A DNA stretch of 59,944 bases from a virus. Taxonomy: Duplodnaviria; Caudoviricetes. The DNA is taken from positions 1 to 59,944 of IMG/VR virus record IMGVR_UViG_3300005525_000005. The stretch is one strand, 5' to 3'. The position numbers and the translations under genes were made by a program. The notes below the pieces were generated by a model. It was not told the DNA's origin. It saw only the letters and a program-made list of their open reading frames with translations, and made no database searches. Within the stretch, counting starts at the first letter, position 1. Every line of letters starts with the position of its first letter. Shown here piece after piece: positions 17,603 to 26,159 of the stretch.

Positions 17603-17728
17603 GTGACGTCATGCCCTCAGCCTCCGAAGGTGTGGCCCTTCCCAACGTGGAAGGGTCTGCCTTACAAGCCTCCGAAGAAGCCTAAGCCTGAGCCGGTGTG
17701 GAAGACAACTCCCCCGGCTCCTTTTTGA
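17603..17728 (+). CDS. Pro-rich 41-aa peptide (WPFP motif)
   Basis: GTG start, MTSCPQPPKVWPFPTWKGLPYKPPKKPKPEPVWKTTPPAPF; weak RBS. Confidence 0.45.
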   Translation: MTSCPQPPKVWPFPTWKGLPYKPPKKPKPEPVWKTTPPAPF

Positions 17729-17738
17729 AGGAACACAT

Positions 17739-17930
17739 ATGCAACACGTTTGGGTAGTGGAGTCTCTTGGTGACGACACACCAACATTGTTATCGGTGCA
17801 TACCGATAAAGAATCAGCCAATGCAGCCCGCGATGCTTACGTCAAGAGCTACAGATATGGCGGCATTCAATCCGATTATTGGATTCACTCTATGAAACTC
17901 AACCCGTGTTTGGTTGAGGATGATATTTGA
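17739..17930 (+). CDS. Hypothetical protein
   Basis: AAGGAA RBS, 63 aa. Confidence 0.65.
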   Translation: MQHVWVVESLGDDTPTLLSVHTDKESANAARDAYVKSYRYGGIQSDYWIHSMKLNPCLVEDDI

Positions 17931-17947
17931 AAACGAAAGGACATCAC

Positions 17948-18214
17948 ATGAAAACCTTCACCGTCATCATCTACAGCGATCCCGGTCATGCTTGGGCTAA
18001 ATGTCGTAGAGAGGTATTGAGCAACCTCGGCATTGCTAACAAGGTGTCAGCGTATTCCTATCAGCGTGGAGACTACGTCTACCTTGAAGAGGATTGCGAC
18101 TACCCTCTGCTGGTGGATGCGTTGCGTCAGCGTAACACCCGCGTCAAATGCGTAGAGCGTAGTGCCAACAACAGCAGCCGCATCCGTGGCTATGAACGCT
18201 ACGTGAATGTCTGA
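17948..18214 (+). CDS. Conserved phage hypothetical protein
   Basis: DPGHAW...YSYQRG..VYLEEDCD motif; AAAGGA RBS. Confidence 0.75.
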   Translation: MKTFTVIIYSDPGHAWAKCRREVLSNLGIANKVSAYSYQRGDYVYLEEDCDYPLLVDALRQRNTRVKCVERSANNSSRIRGYERYVNV

Positions 18215-18425
18215 CGACGACAGCATATTCTGGGCAGCAGCTATATTGGCGCTGCCCTTCTTCCTTCAATTCATTGTGTGAACAAATGAACATCGAACAA
18301 ACCCTGTTGGAAATACGTAGCCGTAATGAAGAACGTCTGCGTGATGCCATCGCTAGGATGGGTACAAAATATCTTCTGCATCCTGCTAACAGGGTGAAGA
18401 AGCTTTCGAAGAAAGGAAAACGCAA

Positions 18426-18635
18426 GTGATAAGCGAAGTCGATCTGCGTGATTGGGAACAGCTTGATACAGTGCCGCTGTATTCTGTGCCGCGTAACACC
18501 TACATCAAATTGGGTGACGACTACTTCTTCTTCGATCACATCGATGGCATGTATTCATTCTGTCTCGACATGAATAATATGGTCTATCACATCATGGCAA
18601 CAACCCCTGTCATTCCTCTGAGGAAACCTGCATGA
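18426..18635 (+). CDS. Hypothetical protein
   Basis: FDHIDGMYSFC motif; AAAGGA RBS. Confidence 0.7.
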   Translation: MISEVDLRDWEQLDTVPLYSVPRNTYIKLGDDYFFFDHIDGMYSFCLDMNNMVYHIMATTPVIPLRKPA

Positions 18636-19459
18636 AACGTGAACAAGTTGTCGGTATGTTCGTCGGCGTATTCCTTGGCGATATGCTGGGTGCGCCATAC
18701 GAGTTTCAAGATGAGATGGACGTTGACGACGTTGTTCTCAAGACAGGCGGCGCTCACAAGGTGTCGTTGGGCGAATACACCGACGACGGAGCGCTGACGT
18801 TAGCTCTTGCAGAGAGCTACATTGCCCGTGGCTGCTTCGATGCACACGATGCCAGCAATCGGTTTAAGCAATGGAAGACCACTGGCAAGTATGGCACACG
18901 TGGCTATGCCTTCGACATTGGACGCACCACTGCAGCAGCCATCGACAGGATGCCTTCTGTTGTGTACGCTGCAGATGGTGGAGACATGGACAGTGGCAAC
19001 GGTAGCATGATGCGTATTGCTGCCTGCATTGCTGCCAACCACAACAACCCAATGAAGGCATTAGCAGATAGTATAGCTGCCAGCCTGATGACGCATGGCA
19101 ACAGCGACATCCTCGCCTATACCACAGCATATGTCGATGAGATATTTAATGGAGCAATGTCGCGATATAAGTCGCTGAAGTCTCATCCAAATAAATATGC
19201 CCATGCCAGAGGCACGGTGATGTATGCATACAACGCTGCTCGACATGCCCTGCATCATGGTGGCAGAGATGGTGGCGCTGTGCTGCGTCATGCCATATCA
19301 TATGGACACGACACCGACACCAACGCTGCCATTGCTGGTGCTTGGGTAGGTGCGAAGTATGGCATCGATTGCTTCCCACAGGAATATATCGATGTGCTGC
19401 AGAATAAGCAACGCATCTTCGATGTGGCAAATAAGTTGTTTGAGATGGGAGAGATGTGA
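18632..19459 (+). CDS. ADP-ribosylglycohydrolase (DraG/ARH family)
   Basis: GDMLGAPYEF, YTDD, GNGSMMR, DTDTNAAIAGAWVGAKYG. Confidence 0.92.
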   Translation: MKREQVVGMFVGVFLGDMLGAPYEFQDEMDVDDVVLKTGGAHKVSLGEYTDDGALTLALAESYIARGCFDAHDASNRFKQWKTTGKYGTRGYAFDIGRTTAAAIDRMPSVVYAADGGDMDSGNGSMMRIAACIAANHNNPMKALADSIAASLMTHGNSDILAYTTAYVDEIFNGAMSRYKSLKSHPNKYAHARGTVMYAYNAARHALHHGGRDGGAVLRHAISYGHDTDTNAAIAGAWVGAKYGIDCFPQEYIDVLQNKQRIFDVANKLFEMGEM

Positions 19460-19824
19460 TGACCGACCTTCGCAGAATGCGTGAAGCCGACTACCATCCC
19501 GACCGCTGGATGATATTGAAGATATTTGAACGTGAGTCTGCAAAGACTCACTATCGCGTCTTTGCTACATGGGGTGGCAGCTATCTCGGTGGTCAATCAT
19601 GGCAGATGAACAGTGGCATCGTCTCAGTTGATGAGGATGATGCATATTTCTATTTCAATGGTTCTTCTGGTAGCGTCTATGCCTGCCACAAGAGTGATGG
19701 TGCATATGGTGCATTCTCCTTTGGACTATCGCAGCTTCATTACATGATGGAGCAGGCAAGAGGCATGATAGAAGTGATTGAAATGCCTGAACATACAAAC
19801 TGGAAAGGACTAAAATATGACTGA
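19456..19824 (+). CDS. Conserved phage hypothetical protein
   Basis: PDRW...WGGSYLGGQSWQMNSGI...SGSVYAC motif set. Confidence 0.75.
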   Translation: MMTDLRRMREADYHPDRWMILKIFERESAKTHYRVFATWGGSYLGGQSWQMNSGIVSVDEDDAYFYFNGSSGSVYACHKSDGAYGAFSFGLSQLHYMMEQARGMIEVIEMPEHTNWKGLKYD

Positions 19825-20011
19825 AACAATGGATTATTTAGCTAGCGACTTCGCACGTTGTGCCAGCAACCCGTTGCATGTTGAATGCAGCACATGCCTG
19901 CGTAACGTCAACATCAGTCCTGTCAAGCCTGACACGCGGCAGGTATGGATAGGATTTTGGGTGCTTGATACACCCTGTGCTTCACGTGTACCAATGGAGA
20001 CATCGAAATGA
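19817..20011 (+). CDS. Small Cys-rich protein
   Basis: DFARC...CSTCLR; coupled. Confidence 0.6.
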   Translation: MTETMDYLASDFARCASNPLHVECSTCLRNVNISPVKPDTRQVWIGFWVLDTPCASRVPMETSK

Positions 20012-20159
20012 AAATGTGTAACGGCACCTGTCAGCAGGGACGCAAAGAATGCAATTGCAACTACGACGAAGTCGATGAAATATATGTTGCATTCATCAAG
20101 AGGATAGTGCTTGTCACCATCATCTTCGTTTGCTTGATTGGCTATTTGATGGTGGCAGC

Positions 20160-20459
20160 ATGAGCGGTGGATATTTCAACTACGATCAATATAAGATTGG
20201 ATATATCGTCCACTCCATTGAGCAGCTTGTTATTAATAATGACAGCAAAGAGCTTAATGACTGGGGAAATGCCAAAGGCAGAGGCTATTCCAAAGACACC
20301 ATCGAAGCCTTCGAAGAAGCCATCTTCTTTCTACGCACTGCACAGATATATGCACATCGCATAGATTGGTTGGTGAGTGGAGATGATGGTGAAGAAAACT
20401 TTCACATCCGTCTCAACAAAGAACTGGAAGAGGAACAGCATGATAAAGCTGAAACGTAA
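20160..20459 (+). CDS. Conserved phage hypothetical protein
   Basis: MSGGYFNY...RIDWLVSGDDGEE. Confidence 0.75.
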   Translation: MSGGYFNYDQYKIGYIVHSIEQLVINNDSKELNDWGNAKGRGYSKDTIEAFEEAIFFLRTAQIYAHRIDWLVSGDDGEENFHIRLNKELEEEQHDKAET

Positions 20460-20703
20460 CGAACGTGTCGTTGCTGTCATTCCGGAAATAATTACTGGTG
20501 CAGGCTATCGCAACAGTCCTCTGTGGGTCTACATTGTTGACAACATTGCTGGGACATACAGAGAAGAATGTTTACAGCCTGAAGACCAGAACGCTAGAAT
20601 GCGTGTGTTGTTTTCAACACTTGAAACAGCGCATGAGACGATGAAGGCTCTGGTGATGGTGAACAATGTTGTTCGTGAAGACATTCAACCACATGGGTAT
20701 TGA
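20440..20703 (+). CDS. Hypothetical protein
   Basis: GAGGA RBS, coupled. Confidence 0.6.
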   Translation: MIKLKRNERVVAVIPEIITGAGYRNSPLWVYIVDNIAGTYREECLQPEDQNARMRVLFSTLETAHETMKALVMVNNVVREDIQPHGY

Positions 20704-20882
20704 CTATGATCGATGACAAGTTTCAACAACTCTGCAATACCTTTGGCTTCGCCCCGTCACGGGCACTGCGGGAGTTGATTGATTGCGTGAGAACGCAGGA
20801 GATTGAGGCGTGTGTGCGTCTGGCCGAGGAGACGAAGGCTCCGTTTACAGCGGATGTAATTAGGGCAAGGAGTAACACATGA
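20700..20882 (+). CDS. Hypothetical protein
   Basis: EIEAC...ADVIRARS motif; coupled. Confidence 0.6.
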   Translation: MTMIDDKFQQLCNTFGFAPSRALRELIDCVRTQEIEACVRLAEETKAPFTADVIRARSNT

Positions 20883-21160
20883 CACAACCCGAAGCCCTGC
20901 GGCTGGCTGATGAGTGCGACGAAGGCATGGTTGATTTTCCAGATGTCGCTGCCGAACTGCGCCGCCTTCATGCTGAACTGGAGCGGTGCAAACAAGTGTG
21001 CTCTGCCACTTCTGAGAGTTGGCGGGCAGATGCTGAATCGTGGAATGCCCAGCGTGATGCGCTGCTGGAGGCGTTGAAGAACATTGAACACAGAACCAAC
21101 GATCCCGTGACTGTTGCAATGGCGCAGGTGGCTATTGCCAAAGCAGAGGAGAACACATGA
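20879..21160 (+). CDS. Mosaic hypothetical protein
   Basis: QPEALRLAD, AAELRRLH, RDALLEAL, AIAKAE modules. Confidence 0.75.
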   Translation: MTQPEALRLADECDEGMVDFPDVAAELRRLHAELERCKQVCSATSESWRADAESWNAQRDALLEALKNIEHRTNDPVTVAMAQVAIAKAEENT

Positions 21161-21248
21161 CCCGCATCCATTACTGGTGCCCGGTGTACCGGGCGTATGT
21201 CTATGCCTTGGTGCCGACCGAGGTTGCTTTCAAACTGATGGGGTGGGT

Positions 21249-21635
21249 ATGACCACCCTGCGAACCGCCGCCCAGCAGGCGCTGGAGGCGTTGGAAGAAA
21301 GCCTGTACGCAACCACAGACAAATCGCAATTCCTTGCATTTGAAGCCATCACCGCCCTCCGCGCCGCGCTGGCAGAGCCGGTGCAGGAGCCGGTGCAGGA
21401 GCCTGACCTTTCCCGCTGCCCCCAATGCGGAGGCCCTGCCGACAACGGCCACGACCGAAGCATTCCACCATCACCGTACTTCTGTACCAAGTGCATGGCA
21501 GAGCCAGTTCCCGTGGCGTGGATGCACGTACCGTACCCCGGAAACGCAATTAGCCCGATGCTCAGCCTGAGCAAGCACCGAGAGCCAAGCATATACGCAG
21601 CGTCGGTGCCGTTGTATATCAAGGAGCAGCTATGA
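21249..21635 (+). CDS. Mosaic hypothetical protein with Zn-ribbon
   Basis: AAQQALEALE, LRAALAEP, CPQC..CTKC, PVAW, PLY modules. Confidence 0.7.
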   Translation: MTTLRTAAQQALEALEESLYATTDKSQFLAFEAITALRAALAEPVQEPVQEPDLSRCPQCGGPADNGHDRSIPPSPYFCTKCMAEPVPVAWMHVPYPGNAISPMLSLSKHREPSIYAASVPLYIKEQL

Positions 21636-22081
21636 AGGACTTAGCCGACGACCTTGCACTAAACGTGCGTAACGCCATTGCGTACATCAAGGAACTAGAG
21701 GCAGAGCTTGCAAGATGCAAACAAGTGTGCGCTGCTACCGCCGAGGCATGGCGCGAGGAGGCCGCGCTGGCAGAGCCGGATGTTCCCGCAACCAACTTCG
21801 GGAACATGGAGCCGGTGGCGTGGCTGTGGCAGCACAGAGAGACAGGCCGCACCCGTGTGCTTATGCCCGATGAGCGCACCGCGACTGATGTTGCAGCCGC
21901 ATGGGATGTGGTCGGCCCGTTGTATCTTGCCCCGCCCCAGCGCAAGCCCATGAATGAATTTGATGCTTTGCGCCTTGTTACGGAATCAATAGGTCGCCTG
22001 CAATCCGCAGGCCCGGTGGAAGGGTTGATAGGAATAATTCGCGCCATCGAGCGGGCGCATGGGATTGGAAAACATCGATGA
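21632..22081 (+). CDS. Mosaic hypothetical protein
   Basis: CKQVC, EPVAW, PLY, RAIERAHGI modules; AAGGAG RBS. Confidence 0.75.
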   Translation: MKDLADDLALNVRNAIAYIKELEAELARCKQVCAATAEAWREEAALAEPDVPATNFGNMEPVAWLWQHRETGRTRVLMPDERTATDVAAAWDVVGPLYLAPPQRKPMNEFDALRLVTESIGRLQSAGPVEGLIGIIRAIERAHGIGKHR

Positions 22082-22395
22082 CCTGCCGCTACCCATATTG
22101 CGATGCTGGAGAAATGGGAGCATTCTGCAAAGATGAATGCCAATCATGTCCACACGGTGTAGACGATGGCAATTGCAAAGAATGCTATGAACAAAACACT
22201 CGCGAAGTATGCAAACATTTCAATCCAGTAGACCAGCCTTGCGACAAATGCAAAGTCGAAAACGCCGCATCCAAAGAACGTCAATTCATCATCAATTTTC
22301 TGGAGAGTATGCATGAGCGCTGTCTTGGAACACACAACTACTACCTCCACGCAGCCCATTGCATCCGCAACCTGCCTTCCACTAAATCTACGTAG
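22078..22395 (+). CDS. Cys-rich hypothetical protein
   Basis: Several CxxC/CxH pairs; coupled. Confidence 0.55.
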   Translation: MTCRYPYCDAGEMGAFCKDECQSCPHGVDDGNCKECYEQNTREVCKHFNPVDQPCDKCKVENAASKERQFIINFLESMHERCLGTHNYYLHAAHCIRNLPSTKST

Positions 22396-23503
22396 ACGCG
22401 CTGCCGATCTCTATTACAACCCAACACAGGGTGTCATCGACGCTGGTGTTGTGAAGAGGAAGTCATTTCCTCTGAGCAAGATTGAAGAAGCATGCAGATA
22501 TGCTGTCGAATGCAATGAGCGCATCGAAGAGTGGCGTAAAGAAACATCACACATTGCAGGCTTACAGAAGGATGGCAAAGTGAAAGACGTTGTCTTTGCC
22601 TATCTGCATAGCATCGACTTCACCCGTCTTGCTGACATTACGAAGACGCAATATAAGTCATCGATTGAAGCGTGGCGTAATGTTCGTGTCGCTGGCATGG
22701 CTCTGCAACATCACAAGCTTTCCAATTTGGAAACGCCGATGATTCAGCGCATGTATGACGAACAAGTGAGGCAGACATCCCCACACATCGCCAACTACAA
22801 CATGACGGTCTATCGCATCGTCCTCAACTACGCAATTAGATGTGGCTATACACGCCACAACCCGTTTGAGAAGGTGAGGAAGAAGGCGACAAAACATCGC
22901 AAGGTGATGTGGGAGCGTGACAACGTTCGTGCCTTCCTAAACGTAGCCTTCAGCCGCTGGCAATGGCGCAACATTGGCATTGTCTTTTACATGATTTACG
23001 AATGGGGACAACGTGTCAGCGACATCCTCAATCTCAAATGGGACAATATTAACTTCGACACCAACACTGTCACCATCACGCAGAGTAAGCGTGGCGCAAC
23101 AGTGAAGTTGCCCATCTCTGAAGGGCTTGCTACAATGCTGAAGCAGCAACAGAAAGACTTCTTCTTGTCTTCCTATGTTGCCCCGCAGATGGTACGTAGG
23201 CAGGGCAAGTGGACACCGTACAGCATTGCCACGTTGAACAATCATGTCATTGACATCATGGCTGAAGCAAGGCTCGACAAGGAATTACAGCTTCGTGATC
23301 TTCGTCGCACTGCCATCACCGAAACCATTGAAAATGGTGGCGACTTGTTGACAGTGATGCAGATGAGTGGACACCAGCATGCTGCGTCAGTGACACCGTA
23401 TTTCGTTCACACCCGGCGAGGCGCTGCCAAGGCTCAAGAGATAAGGCAGTTTCCTCAACATCTCATGCAGCAACCTACGCTGCTACAAAGGAGTGCAAGA
23501 TGA
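22313..23503 (+). CDS. int: Tyrosine recombinase / integrase
   Basis: GQRVSDI (R), QSKRG (K), RDLRRT, MSGH, PYF (Y); SAM-like N-terminal region. Confidence 0.88.
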   Translation: MSAVLEHTTTTSTQPIASATCLPLNLRRRAADLYYNPTQGVIDAGVVKRKSFPLSKIEEACRYAVECNERIEEWRKETSHIAGLQKDGKVKDVVFAYLHSIDFTRLADITKTQYKSSIEAWRNVRVAGMALQHHKLSNLETPMIQRMYDEQVRQTSPHIANYNMTVYRIVLNYAIRCGYTRHNPFEKVRKKATKHRKVMWERDNVRAFLNVAFSRWQWRNIGIVFYMIYEWGQRVSDILNLKWDNINFDTNTVTITQSKRGATVKLPISEGLATMLKQQQKDFFLSSYVAPQMVRRQGKWTPYSIATLNNHVIDIMAEARLDKELQLRDLRRTAITETIENGGDLLTVMQMSGHQHAASVTPYFVHTRRGAAKAQEIRQFPQHLMQQPTLLQRSAR

Positions 23504-23636
23504 TTGAAGAAGCATTGGAAATATTGTTATGGGCTAGTCTTGAACGACCAACCCCATTGACAGAAGATGAACTAAGTAATGCTCTCATGGGACTTATTGT
23601 CCTTGTGAAGCTCGACAAAGAACGAAAGGTGATGCT

Positions 23637-23819
23637 ATGACACCGAAGTTTAATACTGTCCTTGAATATGCCATCGAAACTGGCATCAAGATTGGATATG
23701 CACGTGCCCATAAGCACACGGATAAGCCTGATGAATATGTCATCTATCGCTACATCGAAGATGCTATCTGGAATGAAATACATGAATGGTTTGACTTCGA
23801 TGAGAAGGGAATAGAATGA
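23637..23819 (+). CDS. Hypothetical protein
   Basis: GYARAHKHTDKP...EWFDFD motif. Confidence 0.7.
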   Translation: MTPKFNTVLEYAIETGIKIGYARAHKHTDKPDEYVIYRYIEDAIWNEIHEWFDFDEKGIE

Positions 23820-23955
23820 GCGAGATAGAACGCATGTGGGCGGCATTAAACCAAAAGTTTAATACCAATCGTCAATGGCATCTGCTTGACCCTATGGAGC
23901 AGATGTCAGTAGTGCAGGCAGTGAATGCCATTCTTTCAATTATTCATCGACGACA

Positions 23956-24228
23956 ATGAACGATCTACGAAACGCTGTAATAAGTGCTCTAGACTTTCTA
24001 GAGTTTGGTGGAAGACGACATGATCGTGTTCTACACATCGATGCGCTGAGAGAGGCTTTGAGATATGACACCACTTCACCAACTGGTCCGGTCGATTGCA
24101 GACAATGTCAACATCTGGATCGAAAGAAAAACTGCGCGAGTGACCGACCTTGCTCCAATGGAGACGCATTCGTTGCCACACCGCCCCTACAGCTATACGC
24201 TACGGGTGAAGGTGAAGCGCTGTCGTGA
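23956..24228 (+). CDS. Hypothetical protein
   Basis: 90 aa with CxxC; coupled. Confidence 0.5.
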   Translation: MNDLRNAVISALDFLEFGGRRHDRVLHIDALREALRYDTTSPTGPVDCRQCQHLDRKKNCASDRPCSNGDAFVATPPLQLYATGEGEALS

Positions 24229-24365
24229 TATCTATTGGTATGGACGATACATTGGTGATACCTTTGCTGTTGTCTATCAAGATGCAGATCGATGGTGGGT
24301 GAGAGAGCCTGATGAATTTGGCTTTCTAAATTTCATCCTAAAAGATGACGCTGAAATAATTTGAC

Positions 24366-25985
24366 ATGGCATTTTTACGCACACATCTGTCATGTGATGA
24401 ATGCGGGAGCAGCGATGCACGTAGCGTCAACGTGGACGGCAGCAGCTATTGCTTCTCCTGCAACCACTTCACTCCACCGGATGACGATGTTGTCATCGAA
24501 TATTCCAAACCTGTAACGAAGAAAGTGAACATGAATTTCAAGAGTTATTTCGACGACTACTACTCTCCCTCCATCACTACTCGTAGGTTGACGAAGTCCA
24601 CAGCCGAGCGTTATGGGGTGACGTCAGACGGCAACAACTATTATTTCCCCTACTACGACACCAACGGCACTCTCGTTGCTGCGAAGGTGAGGAGCAAGCA
24701 AGAGAAGAAGTTTTCCACTGAAGGTGAGTGGACGAAGGCATCTCTGTTTGGACAACAACTGTTCAGCAGCGGTGGCAAGTATGTCACCATCACAGAGGGT
24801 GAATTCGACACGCTGGCAGTGTTTCAGGCGACGGGTAGCAAATGGCCCTGCGTCAGCATCAGAAACGGTGCTACAGGCGCTCTAAAAGACTGCCGCGCTG
24901 CCTATGAATGGCTCAACAGCTTTGAGAACATCGTTGTCTGCTTTGACAACGACGAGCCGGGTAAGAAGGCAGCGAAGGAAGTGGCTGAGTTGTTTGGCAG
25001 CAAGGCGAAGGTGTACAAGCATGACGTCGATATGAAGGACGCATGCGACTACGTTGCTGCAAATAAAGAAGCCATCTTCGTTCAGCGTTGGTGGAGTGCT
25101 GAGTCTTACATTCCAGATGGCATTGTTGCTGGTAATAATTTGTGGGACTTGGTGTCAACGCCACCAGCGCCAGCACAATGCATGTATCCGTGGGATGGGT
25201 TGAATGGATTGACATATGGCATCCGTCACGGAGAGCTTGTCACCATCACTGCCGGTAGCGGCTTGGGCAAGTCGCAATTGCTTCGTGAAATTGTTTGGCA
25301 TCTGCTTCAGAACACCGAAGACAACATCGGGCTGATGTTCCTTGAGGAAGGCATTCGCAAGACAGGCTTGTCTGTGATGTCGCTTGCTGCCAACAAGCCT
25401 CTGCACTTGCCCGACACGGTGGCAAGCGAAGAAGAACGTAAGGACGCTTTTGATCGTACACTTGGCACAGGCAGGCTGTTCTTGTTCGATCACTTCGGCA
25501 GCACCAGCACAGATAATATTGTCAACCGTGTTCGCTACATGGCGAAGGCTCTCAATTGCAAATACATTGTTGTCGATCACATCTCTATCATTGTGTCCGC
25601 GCAAGACAATGGTGATGAGCGCAAAGCCATTGATGAGATAATGACAAAACTTCGCATGCTTGTGCAAGAAACTAACGTTGCGTTGTTTGTTGTGTCACAT
25701 CTGAAGCGTCCGAATGGAGTTGGACACGAAGAAGGCGCTGCAACATCTCTTGCACAGCTTCGCGGCAGCGGCTCCATTGCACAACTCAGTGACATAGTGT
25801 TGGGTGCAGAGCGTAATGGACAAGACGACGATGTGACAAAGCGTAACACTACATATCTTCGCGTTTTAAAGAACAGATTCAGCGGACTCACCGGACCTGC
25901 ATGTTCGTTGCTGTACACTAAGGAGACAGGACGCATGCTAGAGTACACTCCACCACCTGACGATGAGGAAGACGATGTTCTCTGA
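24366..25985 (+). CDS. T7 gp4-like primase-helicase
   Basis: Zn finger CDEC..CFSC, TOPRIM EGEFD/FDND, Walker A GSGLGKS, DHIS, LRGSG, KNRFSG, acidic tail. Confidence 0.95.
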   Translation: MAFLRTHLSCDECGSSDARSVNVDGSSYCFSCNHFTPPDDDVVIEYSKPVTKKVNMNFKSYFDDYYSPSITTRRLTKSTAERYGVTSDGNNYYFPYYDTNGTLVAAKVRSKQEKKFSTEGEWTKASLFGQQLFSSGGKYVTITEGEFDTLAVFQATGSKWPCVSIRNGATGALKDCRAAYEWLNSFENIVVCFDNDEPGKKAAKEVAELFGSKAKVYKHDVDMKDACDYVAANKEAIFVQRWWSAESYIPDGIVAGNNLWDLVSTPPAPAQCMYPWDGLNGLTYGIRHGELVTITAGSGLGKSQLLREIVWHLLQNTEDNIGLMFLEEGIRKTGLSVMSLAANKPLHLPDTVASEEERKDAFDRTLGTGRLFLFDHFGSTSTDNIVNRVRYMAKALNCKYIVVDHISIIVSAQDNGDERKAIDEIMTKLRMLVQETNVALFVVSHLKRPNGVGHEEGAATSLAQLRGSGSIAQLSDIVLGAERNGQDDDVTKRNTTYLRVLKNRFSGLTGPACSLLYTKETGRMLEYTPPPDDEEDDVL

Positions 25986-26044
25986 CATTTTCTATAGAAC
26001 AACAACTTTTCTTTCAGAATGACGATGTTCTCTGACATTTTCTA
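25971..26044. repeat. 24-bp direct repeat with 26-bp spacer
   Basis: GACGATGTTCTCTGACATTTTCTA at 25971-25994 and 26021-26044. Confidence 0.9.
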
Positions 26045-26159
26045 CATGTGGCTACTCATTGTCATGCTCATCCTGAAGCAGTTTGGGGTGTAGCATGGAG
26101 TTGCTTGCCAATATCATCCACTTCCTTCTAACACTTCTTGAACTCTTCAGGATATTTTG

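Noticed and set aside
25971-26044. Mini CRISPR array
   Set aside because: Only two repeats, overlapping coding sequence, not palindromic, no cas genes
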